A DNA stretch of 63,955 bases, the filler included, from Collodictyon triciliatum (taxonomy: Eukaryota), in the NCBI GenBank assembly GCA_043381765.1. It is 5 parts of 5 records of this genome, joined end to end, with 100 filler letters (N's around TTAATTAATTAA, not from the genome) between each part and the next. Parts side by side here need not be neighbours in the genome. Positions count along the whole stretch, not along the records: positions 37,555 to 56,218 come from JBHJMP010001358.1; positions 56,319 to 62,723 come from JBHJMP010001422.1; positions 62,824 to 63,955 come from JBHJMP010001531.1; 2 more parts are not named here. One strand, given 5' to 3'. The notes under the pieces were generated by a model, which ran no database searches, had not been told where the DNA came from, and saw only the letters and a program-made list of their open reading frames with translations. Positions 52,745 to 63,955 of the stretch are shown in pieces. Position 1 is the stretch's first letter. Each line of letters begins with the position of its first letter. The position numbers and the translations under genes are program-made.

Positions 52745-52853
52745 CTTGACCTTCTGCTTAAAAAAAATGATTGAAAAATATTGAAAAGAAGCGAAGAAAA
52801 GGAAAAAGTCATTACTTATTATCTTCCTTACGTTTTGGGAGGGTTAAAAAAAA

Positions 52854-54231
52854 ATGAGCAGGAGCCTGGTTGTGAAAATGAGGAGAGAACAAGTCAGGTG
52901 TGTGGTTGTTGGAGGGAAGCGCCTGCAGTTGTGCCAGGGAAAGTGTGGCGCGCTGCGATCGCCAATGGATCGGGCGATGTGGGCAGGTCAACAAACCAAA
53001 AATAATGATCTATATGTGGAATACAATAGTATTATCCATTCTATGTCGTAAAATCGCTTCATTTGCAATTATAATGAATAATAACTTATATGTACAATTT
53101 TACATATTTAGTAAGCTTTCGACGCTCCAATAGGATAAAAGTATCCCGGTGGGTTCGCATCCTTGAATTCCCTTGGAATTCGGGTTTGCAATTACGTCTG
53201 GTTAGTTTCTTTGCGACGAAGGCGGAAGGCTCGGTGGGCTGCGGCAAACTGCTTCGAAGGAAATACTTTGGAAACGATAGCGTCACGCAGCACTCTTTTT
53301 GGTGCCGAACAGGAAAGGATAGCAGCGCGCATGCCGAATACCAAAGCATCACCGGAAAAATAAAAGTAAGACGATGACGGATATTGTAGCAATCTTAATG
53401 TTCGAATTGTCTGACAGACAATAAAGAGCCGATTCAAGAACAGAAGACGGAAAGTGGGTGTAAGGAGAGGATATATAAACAAGAGACCTTGCTGGCTGCT
53501 GCCACGGGCGAGGTCAAAGGATGCTCGGGTAAAGCTGATTCATACGCACCCCAAACACATAGCAGATTCGAAGACATGCTCAGGGGCTAACGGACTGGAG
53601 TTCTGATGGCCAACCCATTTATCTTTTTTCGCACAGGCTTTGTCGCCCAGCAACACTGAGAACCCTAAGTCGCCAAACTTCGCCCATGTTTCCAATAGCA
53701 GGACGTTTATGTGCCAGAGGCGAACCACATCTTCATGGTAAACTGGGTTTGCAAGCAATCAAGTATAACAATACACATGAGTCCATAGTAGCCCCACTAG
53801 ATGACTCTGATGTGCCGGGAAATATCAGCTACGCAGAGCCTGAAGCCCCGATTCTGACTTGTCGTGGCCCGCCTGATGGTTTGTCGAGTTTAACAGCTGT
53901 ATTAGCAGAGGATGATTGGAGGGCGGTTCAGCTAGGCCTTCTTACAGCTCCCCGGCCGTCTTCTCTGTATGAATCTAACGAAGATGACGAATTTGATAGC
54001 CTGATAGAATCTATTGACATCAGTCTGATGAATTCTGTTGCGAGCTTTATGCGTTCCTCTGGAGCAAGCGACCCTGTTTTCTTGGTATCGGCAACACCAA
54101 CACTACCTGATGCCGAATTTCATGAGGACAAAGAAAGTGATAGTACAAAATCGAGGCTTGAGATGGATTTTCTTCATGATTCAAATGTAGAAGCGGCGGC
54201 TCTTCTGCTCTCTGACGAATATGACATGTAG
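52854..54231 (+). CDS. Hypothetical protein (basic, Cys-containing N-terminal part; acidic C-terminal part)
   Basis: Exon-like blocks at 52854-52986, ~53140-53367, ~53417-53600 and an open acidic frame 53699-54231. Exon joins are uncertain and no known domain was recognised. Confidence 0.4.
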
Positions 54232-54957
54232 CGCTTGGTAGCATTATTTATTTAAGTATACCCTTCTCGAGTAAACTGTTCACTTCTCGTTTACGCTTTA
54301 TTTACACACTTGCGCTCATTACATCGTGGTGCCATCAACGCCCAATGTGTTTTGTCGATTAAAACCAAAGAAGACCTTTATATTGTATGATTTCACTCTC
54401 TTGCACGTTGAATTGAATAAATGAAAAAAGAAAGAAAAGAAGCTCTAATGCTGAGAAATGCGTGAATCCGTAAGAAGCCTTTAAGAGACCGNNNNNNNNN
54501 NNNNNNNNNNNNNNNNNNNNNNNNNNNNNNNNNNNNNNNNNNNNNNNNNNNNNNNNNNNNNNNNNNNNNNNNNNNNNNNNNNNNNNNNNNNNNNNNNNNN
54601 NNNNNNNNNNNNNNNNNNNNNNNNNNNNNNNNNNNNNNNNNNNNNNNNNNNNNNNNNNNNNNNNNNNNNNNNNNNNNNNNNNNNNNNNNNNNNNNNNNNN
54701 NNNNNNNNNNNNNNNNNNNNNNNNNNNNNNNNNNNNNNNNNNNNNNNNNNNNNNNNNNNNNNNNNNNNNNNNNNNNNNNNNNNNNNNNNNNNNNNNNNNN
54801 NNNNNNNNNNNNNNNNNNNNNNNNNNNNNNNNNNNNNNNNNNNNNNNNNNNNNNNNNNNNNNNNNNNNNNNNNNNNNNNNNNNNNNNNNNNNNNNNATGG
54901 CTCGACCAACCATGAAAAATACGAGCAACAAGACTCTTTTTCTTTTTTTTACCTATA

Positions 54958-55919
54958 AACTGAGAAGACCAGACTACAAAGAATCCTATCAGATTTTCAG
55001 ACCGGACGCTCCACAAATATGTTTGGTTTGACAGTCTACGCAACAAAAACTCGAAAGAATATAATTGGGCAGAATAAAACAACCAAAGCACTGTGGGATA
55101 AAGCAGGCTCGTCCAAGAGACATGTACACGCGACATTTTGCGCTGACCCTAAGAACACAACAACGAAAAACAAGCGCTGTAAGGCTCAAACAAAAATAAA
55201 GGCAAGGTATGCGACTCATTTAGCTGAATAAACTATTCGCCTTATTGCAATAATCTCCACTCAGATATGATTTCACTCAACACTAAGACTATATAGTAAT
55301 CCTAAAATATAAATAATAGTTTTATAAGCAAAAATGTATCGTCTGGTTATATGCTTTTTGGCTATATCTTACATATATTGAAAGCGTGAATAAAAAAAGA
55401 AAAAAATCTTATTCTCTTCCTGAATTTAATGTCCTCTTATTCATTATTTTTACTAATTCTTATCAGGTGTAAATCAAGAGTAAGTATTTTATCAGACAAG
55501 TACTGCAATGTACATCGTTTCTTGGATCCAAACTCTGGAATGATACAATGCTGGGCCAGCAATATTGGCGGATCGTACACTTTCATTTATTTTATCATAC
55601 GAAATAAAAGGCACCTTTAGATTGATGAGAGCCTGGCTGAGATGAAAAGAAGGAAAATGGGCTTTGAGAGAGCCCCACATTCATATTAATCAAATCGAAT
55701 GAACTATCAAATAGGAGATGCATAAGATCTGTTCTAGCAAAGGATATTGTTTGTAAAATTCATCGGAAAAAGTATTCCAAGAGGATTAAGAAGCTTCAGA
55801 AGAAAGGCATTTTTTCTTTCCCAAAAAATTCATACACTAAAATCCTTAAACTAATTTCGTCACAACAGCTCACATACTCTTTGACATACTATGCCATATT
55901 TCTTAATCCATTCGAATAA
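54958..55919 (+). CDS. Protein with two tandem C-x9-C-x10/11-C-x2-H putative zinc fingers (5' partial, starts near gap)
   Basis: Exons ~54958-55206, ~55467-55574 and 55715-55919 splice to RCKAQTKIKARCKSRVSILSDKYCNVH and QCWASNIGGSRCIRSVLAKDIVCKIH. Confidence 0.6.
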
Positions 55920-56059
55920 GTAACGCTCAGATTATATATTTTATTTATTTCCTTTTAACAATCTTATCGGTTTTTTTGTGATTATCATTCACTTTTTTAT
56001 AACCAATAACAAAAAAAAATATTTAATCGATGTTGATACAAAATTTACCCTTTTTATTT

Positions 56060-56130
<71 letters not shown>

Positions 56131-56318
56131 TTTTCTTCTTCTTCTTCTTCTTCTTCTTCTTCTTCTTCTTCTTCTTCTTCTTCTTCTTCTTCTTCTTCTT
56201 CTTCTTCTTCTTCTTCTTNNNNNNNNNNNNNNNNNNNNNNNNNNNNNNNNNNNNNNNNNNNNTTAATTAATTAANNNNNNNNNNNNNNNNNNNNNNNNNN
56301 NNNNNNNNNNNNNNNNNN

Positions 56319-56368
<50 letters not shown>

Positions 56369-56479
56369 GTAATGTATGGGTTAATTATATTCGCATGTTT
56401 CATGTTTAGCTCCGTTCAAAGATATTGCAGGTATGATAGATGTGAATATTGAGTGAATGTAAACATAAAGTCGATTTAA

Positions 56480-59113
56480 GCGACCTAGAACATTCAAATT
56501 CCAGTCTCCTCTTGTCATCCGATGCTTAGCGTAAGAAAGAAACGTTTGTATTGATTAGTAAAACTCCAATAAAAAAAAAAAGGCGCCATAACATGGTTAT
56601 GAACCTTGGTAACTGGATTGCTTATGAATAGCTTTGGTAGAAACCTTTTCTTAGGCGGTCTTTAAAAACACCCTTTTCATCATCAGAACCGCGGATATAC
56701 TTTGCAAAGTCATCCCAGAAGAATCGAATGATTTCGGCGTGGTCCTTTTAGGGTGAGTAGAAATAAAGATAAGCAAACAGCATTCCTTACAATCTACAAC
56801 TTTGGCTGACATAATCAAAGTGGGATGAGAGTGACTTCAATATCTATCATAAAATGTGTGAAATGCAATACGCAACACAATTTTGAATGAATCTGAGTAC
56901 TCCATCATCTTATATTTTACTTGGCATGTTTTCGTTAACTTTCAGAAATCATCGGCGAGTATTCCGGAGTTTTTACGTGGGAAAAAATATAGTTTATGAG
57001 AAACGGTATCGACGTGGTCAACCATGATAGTGTTTAGTAAGTGAACTTTTTCCTTATTCTAAGAATGTTACCAATTGGCAAACACTTCTGATGGCGCGGT
57101 CATAAATTCCCCGAGCTCTTTTGAGCTGATCTAAAGCGATATCAAATTTATGAATAATAATAATAAATCAATTTCGATCATTAGCCATACCCTAAAGATG
57201 ATGAAAAGGGGGTCTTCAAGAATAAATTGATTTTAGAGTGTAAATATATAAGTTTTGTTTTCTTTTGCTTTTCTATCTTGGCAAATGCGAGATTGCCTGA
57301 TGCGTCCCCGACAGATGAATCAAGAGCACCAATTTCTTTGGAAACTTGCTCTCTAATTACAGAGACCTCTTTGGAGTAATTTCGTCTAAAAGGTGCGTGC
57401 ATCTCCTCCAAAGCTTTGACTATTACCATAAGATTTTAATTATATGCAAAGGACCTGGCCTGATTTAATTTATTTGTTTTTTTTTTTTTAAAAAAAAAAG
57501 ACTGCCATATCTTCTTATTTTTGATATCAATAAAATTAAACGAGCATAGATGGTTATATAAACACATATTCCTGGGTGATGTGGTATATCGTAAAGAATG
57601 ATAATGCATATAAAAGGGCGAAAAAGTCTGACTCTGTCTCTTTTCTTTTTCATATAGAGAATCAAAGGCATATAAGCAGCTCATAGATTAGAGCATACAT
57701 CCTTGGCGAATACGTGACATTGGACGGTGATGCCCAGCCATCTCGTCTATCAGTGCCTCTGTCTTTGCGTCTGCCTTATCGCTCACATCAAGTGATATCG
57801 GGGACGGTGATTCGCGGTCGGACCACGGAAGCGGCGACCTGAGCTTATCAGGCACGGGGTGTCCGGATTCGAGCGTCGTTGTCGTCACAAATTTNNNNNN
57901 NNNNNNNNNNNNNNNNNNNNNNNNNNNNNNNNNNNNNNNNNNNNNNNNNNNNNNNNNNNNNNNNNNNNNNNNNNNNNNNNNNNNNNNNNNNNNNNNNNNN
58001 NNNNNNNNNNNNNNNNNNNNNNNNNNNNNNNNNNNNNNNNNNNNNNNNNNNNNNNNNNNNNNNNNNNNNNNNNNNNNNNNNNNNNNNNNNNNNNNNNNNN
58101 NNNNNNNNNNNNNNNNNNNNNNNNNNNNNNNNNNNNNNNNNNNNNNNNNNNNNNNNNNNNNNNNNNNNNNNNNNNNNNNNNNNNNNNNNNNNNNNNNNNN
58201 NNNNNNNNNNNNNNNNNNNNNNNNNNNNNNNNNNNNNNNNNNNNNNNNNNNNNNNNNNNNNNNNNNNNNNNNNNNNNNNNNNNNNNNNNNNNNNNNNNNN
58301 NNNNNNNNNNNNNNNNNNNNNNNNNNNNNNNNNNNNNNNNNNNNNNNNNNNNNNNNNNNNNNNNNNNNNNNNNNNNNNNNNNNNNNNNNNNNNNNNNNNN
58401 NNNNNNNNNNNNNAGCCTCGGGACTGGCTGAACGGGGCATTGGAGACACAATACATGATGGATTAACTGATGAGGCTGATTGAGACGAATCTGGTGTGGT
58501 TAGGTCGTGAGTTATAAATGATAAATGATAATTGATTTGATAAATATTGATTTGATAAATATTGATTTGATAAATATTGATTTGATAAATATTGATTTGA
58601 TAAATATTGATTTGATAAAAATTGAGTTCTAAATGATAAATGATAAATGATGAGTTATAAATGATGAATGATGAATGATGAATGATAAATGATAAATGAT
58701 AAATGATAAGTGATAATTGATAATTGATAAATGAAAGAGTAATGAATGAATGATTGATAAATGACTGGCTTTTATTTTATCGGGTAAACTATACAAAAAA
58801 AAAAAACCTTCGTTCGGTGCTGCCTCCGCACCCGACGTGCTGTGTGTTGCTTTTCCGGTTCGCTTGGCCTGTCCAGGAAACGGATTGAGCGATATTCAGG
58901 AATGAGACGATGGAGAACCGAAAAGACTTCATAGCCCGACCGAGGTAAAAAGACTGCAGCAAAGGTCGTTGATCGAGGAAGTAAGCGGCCAACCTTATCA
59001 ATAACCGGCGGCGATCCGCTGCCAGTGACTCGCAGCTGCTTTGTCAGATCAGTTGCCTTTCGGACTTTGCTTGCATGCGCGTGTGTGGGAGGATGGGTAC
59101 CGGCCGCCTGCAT
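56480..59113 (-). CDS. Multi-exon hypothetical protein (Ser/Pro-rich N-terminal part, helical C-terminal part), interrupted by gap 57895-58413
   Basis: GT-AG-bounded open blocks at 59113-~58993, ~58490-57700, ~57455-57190, ~57130-57072 and ~56743-56645 (DHAEIIRFFWDDFAKYIRG). Product not recognised. Confidence 0.5.
58520..58760. repeat. AT-rich minisatellite (ATTGATTTGATAAAT)n and (ATGATAA)n
   Basis: Direct reading. Confidence 0.9.
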
Positions 59114-59192
59114 CGTCGCTGTTGGACTGGTCAGAAAAAGGGGCCGGTTTTCATTTGATCCGCCGTCTTTTTTTAAAACTCTTGCATCCACT

Positions 59193-59570
59193 TTTTTTAT
59201 TCGCTTTTAATTCAATTTTAATTCACTTTTAATTCACTTTTAGTTCACTTTTAATTCACTTTTAATTCAATTTTAATTCAATTTTAATTCACTTTTAATT
59301 CACTATTAATTCACTATTAATTCACTTTTAATTCCCTTTTAATTCCCTTTTAATTTATTTATTTTTTTCTATTCTTCCCTACTGCTTTTTTATTCGCTTT
59401 TAATTCAATTTTAATTCACTTTTAATTCACTTTTAATTCACTTTTAATTCACTTTTAATTCACTTTTAATTCACTTTTAATTCACTTTTAATTCACTTTT
59501 AATTCACTTTTAATTCACTTTTAATTAATTTATTTTTATTTTTTTTCTATTCTTCCCTACTGCTTTTGCT
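59193..59570. repeat. (TTTTAATTCAC)n 11-bp minisatellite arranged as two higher-order copies
   Basis: Both arrays start after TTTTTATTCGC and end in TTTTTTCTATTCTTCCCTACTGCTTTT. Confidence 0.9.
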
Positions 59571-59640
59571 TCGCTTTTATCCGGGTCTTTATGTGTTGGA
59601 GCGCACCCGTGCATCGCGAGGCGAAGAACGTTTGTTTGGC

Positions 59641-62572
59641 CTATGGAACAGTGTAGAGATGAACGGAGTAGGGCGTGGCGTGGGAGCGGCCGGTGCGTCC
59701 AACCACCACAACGCAGGTGTCGCCGGAGGAGCAGAAGCCGTACTTGCGGGTCAGCGAGATGGACGTGGCCAGGATTTTGTCGAAGCTGTGATGAACGGAA
59801 AAGGGGTGAGTGAGCTGCCGACTCAGAGGGCCTGCGATTCAGCCGGCCGGATGAGAAAAGGTACTTCGCCTCGGTGCGGAAGAGGATGGGGAACACCGCG
59901 CGGGACGGTAGCAGCTGTGTGGTTGGAATATCGCAGGTTTTAGGTGTTTGGGCGGCGGCAGGATTCGTGTGATTGTGGGTGTGGTTTGGTGGGTTTGTCG
60001 CAGACCTGGTTTGCGGAGATGGGGTCGGATGTGGCGCAGATGATGGCGGCGCGCGGGCGGTACTTGGCCACCATCAGCGGAGTGAACCCGGTGGACGAAA
60101 TGGTGATAATTACGGGTGCCTGAATTGGTGATGTGATATGATGTGATGTGATGTGATGTGATGTGTTGTGCTGTGTTGTAATGCTGTGTTGTGTTGTGTT
60201 GTGTTGTGTTGTGTTGTGTTGTGTTGTGTTGTGTTGTGTTGTGTTGTGTTGTAATGTAATGTGTTGTGTTATGATGTGAGATTAGTACTGCAAGTTCATG
60301 GCTGAGAGTTACAGCGGAGACGGCAATGCTTTCTGCATATATATTGTGGCTTTCCATATGACGTGAGCGGTGGATGGCTCGTAGTTTGTTGAGGATATCG
60401 GTGTAATCGAGAGAAGACTCCGCCTCGGCACAAACTTTGGTGGCGATGGAGAGAACGTCGAATGGATACTTGCCTGGGATAAGAAAATATATCAGCTGTA
60501 ACAGAAAAGGAGGTTTACAGGTATTTTAAATTGTAAAATCTAAGAAAATGTTTGAATAGCACATTTATTCAGAGAGTCGAGTATCCTTTAAACGTCACAG
60601 AGGGTTGGGTGTGAATCTGAGGCAGATAAAAACCTTGTGCAGTTTCAGCAGAGAGACTATTTTGGATGTTGTCATTATGATAAAACAGAATTTCATAGTG
60701 GTGGAATGATAAAAAATAAAAAAAAATATCAAAAAATTATTTAAAAAAAAAAGTAAAACTTTATTGAGTTGCTTTAAAAACATTACATTCGCTACCGCCT
60801 CACGGTTCATATTTTCATTCTATAAAGCTAAGAAAAAAAAAAACCTCAGGCAGTCTGTTCCATCAAAGATCGCATTTGTGCAGTCAGTCACTTCAGCGCT
60901 TGTAGGGACAGAGTTTTCAAGCATCGAGTGGAATATCTGTGCAAATGATTATTGTTGTTGATCATTTTTGATATATTGTGAATTTGTCCATTTGTGTATA
61001 TATGAATACTAAAAGAAAAATTCAGATTCGGTGTCAAAATTAAACAGATATCGTTATGGATGCACCTGTGTTGCTGTAATCACTGGCTTTCCGAATGAAT
61101 TGCATAGCTTAATGACACGCTTTTGAACCGAAAATATCTGAGACAGTTTTAAACTCTTTTTATTTCTATTTAATAATATTTGCAATTGTTTTGTTTCAGT
61201 TGATAGGATTAGAAAGACATTATGGAGAGCTTTTGCTTCAGATGATGAGACACCTGTTCCAAAGGTATTTCAATACCAAGGTCACCTCGAGCGACTGTAG
61301 CTCCATCGGAAAGCGTGACTATGGCCTCCAAATTATTAAGCTTTGGTAATGTGTTTAGTTTTAATGAAAATTGCAACATTAAAACATAAATAACCAAAAG
61401 ACATTGTGACCATTATAAATCTACCAAAAATACATTATTAAAATGAATTAATTTGCAAAGGAATAAAAACGAACCCCTCCTCGGCTCTCAATCTTTGAAA
61501 AAACCTGAATACGGGATTTCTGCATAGCAAAAGTTAGAAAAGAGAATGGCAATTTTTAATGGTCATAATTGCTACTCGCCCCTAAAAGGTCTTTGATTTG
61601 CTGCACTGCGCTTGCATTTTGAATAAAAGACATTCCAAGGAAATCAACATTCTATTGTCCACAAGGGGCATATGGAATTATTAATATGTTGAATATGCAA
61701 AAATAATAATATAACAACAACAATAACAATAATAATAATAGCCCAAATATTCGAAAAAAATCGGAGAAAAAACCTGTTGTATTCCAAATTTGATGTCGTC
61801 AATATCCTAAAGGAATTGAAGGGAACCAGTGTCAACAAATCAGACTCTATAACATTAATATAAATATCAATATGATTTCATACTTTACTCGTTACAGGGG
61901 GGATGTCAATGTCCAATCCAGGCAAGTTCACTCCTTTCTTCTCACCAAGTGTTCCACTGTTCAATGCACGGGTATAAACCTTCTCTCCATCAACAAGAAA
62001 TACAAAGAAACACAGTAAACCGTCGTCCACCAGGATGGTATCACCTTCATGCACAGTCTGCATAATTTATATTTATTTAATTTTTAAATAAAAAAGGATA
62101 TTAAAACTATGTAGAGTTATTTATTCTAGCTTTTGCAAGTTTCGGTGAACTCTAACATTTCTTAGATTATGAAAATGATAATGCTGAATCATATGGTTAA
62201 CATGGAAGAACAACGTAATTTTCTCCTCTATTCACAAACAAGTCAAACCTCGGGGAGTTTTGTGTATGTCACAGAGACCGTCGAAGAATTGCCGATGACA
62301 GATGTATCGGTAGTGAAGATAAACACTTGACCTTCCTCAATTAGCACTTCATTGTGGTCCTCCAACAACCCCTGATGATTGAAAGAAAAAAAACACTATG
62401 TGATTTACGGACATGGCATAAACTAGAACCCATTTCAGGAAAGATTCATTCAGGAACTAAATAGATGACGTACAGTTCGTATTTCTGGTCCTTTGGTATC
62501 CATGAGAATCGCGCACAGCCTGTTTTTAGAATCTGCGACTTCTCGTATCATCTGGATGGTCTCTGCATGGCT
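59641..62572 (-). CDS. Pyruvate kinase, divergent; N-terminal exon(s) missing at gap
   Basis: Spliced motifs [84 protein letters not shown]. Stop at 59641. Confidence 0.92.
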
Positions 62573-63059
62573 CTGTCATTAATTAGACAAGGTTTATAAT
62601 ATACAAGGATTCGGGTTTAAAACATGTATACATACATACATACATACATACATACATACATACATACATACATACATACATACATACATACATACATACA
62701 TACATACATACATACATACATACNNNNNNNNNNNNNNNNNNNNNNNNNNNNNNNNNNNNNNNNNNNNTTAATTAATTAANNNNNNNNNNNNNNNNNNNNN
62801 NNNNNNNNNNNNNNNNNNNNNNNTTTTATCGACAATACCCGAAGAGTGTAAAAAAAATAAATCAAATGCTTGCCTCAAATATTTTCTATCGACAGACGCA
62901 AGACGGAGAAGTAACGCCATCTCTGTAAAGCTTCACATTTTTTGCCCAGCAACGCGGTCACCTCTTTAATCCTATCACAATGTTTAAAAAATCAGGGCTA
63001 GCTTTGGTTGGGCTTTTTTGCCTTTTTCTTTCAAAAACAAAAAAAAACTCAAAAAAACA

Positions 63060-63880
63060 GGAAGGAGGAGAAAAAAGAAGAGCGAAGAGAGGAAGGGAGA
63101 AGAGACGAGAAAGGACGAGAGCACGAGAGAAGCAGAGAGAGAAGATTCGGAGGAGACGACGGAGAGAAGAGAGGGAAAGGGAATCCAGAGAGAAGGAGTA
63201 AAGAGGGAGAGGAGACCGAGGAGAAGACTGAAGAAGATGAGAAGAGTAGGGACGAAAGAGAAGAGACAGAAGAGGGAGAAACTGTGGAGAAGAGATGAGA
63301 GAGAGAGGGAGATATCGAAAGATGGAGAGAGAAAGGAAGAGAAGAAGATAGAAGAGAAGAGAGAAGAAGAAAAAGAAAGAAAGAAAGAAGCAACGAAAGA
63401 AAGAAGAAAAGAGAAAGGAAAAGAAGGAGGGGGGGGGGGGGGGGATGAGGAGAAGAAAGAGAAAAGAAAAGGAGAGAAGGAAAGAAAGAAAGAAGTAAAG
63501 AAAAAGAAGAAGAGAAAAGTAACAAGAGAAGAAAGAAAAAAGAAGCAAGAGGCAAGAAAAGGCAAGAGAAGAAGAAAAAAAAGGAGGAAGAATGGGAGAA
63601 GCAGAGAAGCAGGGAAAGAAGAAGAACGAAGAAGAAAGTAAGAAGAAAGGCAGAAGAAGAAAGCAGACAGAGAACAGAATAAGAACTACAGAGAAAGCAA
63701 GAAAGAAGAAGATAGAAGGAAGAAAGAAAGAAGAAGAAGAAGAAGGAAGACAAGAAGCAGAAAGAGAAGAAGAAGAAGAAAGAAATAAAGAAAGAAAGAA
63801 AGAAAGAAAAAGAAGAAAAGAAGAACGCACCGCCCACCCACCGCAGAGAAGAAAGAAGAAAAGAAGAAAGAAAGAAGAAA
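63060..63880. repeat. ~800-bp near-pure purine (G/A) low-complexity tract
   Basis: Direct reading; almost no pyrimidines on the + strand. Confidence 0.9.
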
Positions 63881-63955
63881 AGTGGAAGGTGTATATTAAT
63901 CGTACCTGGTCGACGAGAGACCTTATTTCGTCCCTAATTGTAAAATGTGACCTGC

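Noticed and set aside
58520-59570. Regularly spaced repeats considered as a CRISPR array or telomeric repeat
   Set aside because: Tandem units have no unique spacers, there are no cas genes, the context is eukaryotic and the position is internal.
62958-63837. Several 190-290-aa Phe/Ser/Leu or Lys/Glu/Arg ORFs
   Set aside because: By-products of a stop-poor polypurine tract.

Overview
Intron-rich, microsatellite-laden genomic DNA of an aerobic eukaryote, probably a unicellular protist (the lineage cannot be fixed from this window). It is a draft scaffold with 7 N-gaps. Four are 100-bp spacers containing TTAATTAATTAA, so contiguity across them is not guaranteed. Splicing GT-AG exons by eye gives about 18 genes. 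Recognisable ones: a tandem SDR/UDP-xylose-synthase-like protein, a Cys-rich EGF-like surface protein, a Sel1-repeat protein, a bacterial-type ceramidase-family hydrolase, COMMD5, a membrane-anchored cNMP phosphodiesterase-like fragment, ethanolamine/choline kinase, tRNA-Ala(AGC), COX7C, DIM1 and a divergent pyruvate kinase. Three architectures only appear after splicing and are the most striking: (1) a ~1740-aa Ki-67-like protein (N-terminal FHA, PP1 RVxF motif, huge disordered tail); (2) a ~1400-aa protein with RRM-like domains, a pseudokinase and a Q/P/H/Y prion-like tail; (3) a UXS-like enzyme fused to a degenerate copy of the same fold. No transposase, CRISPR array or rRNA was seen. All homology calls come from motif recognition and recalled sequences, not database searches.
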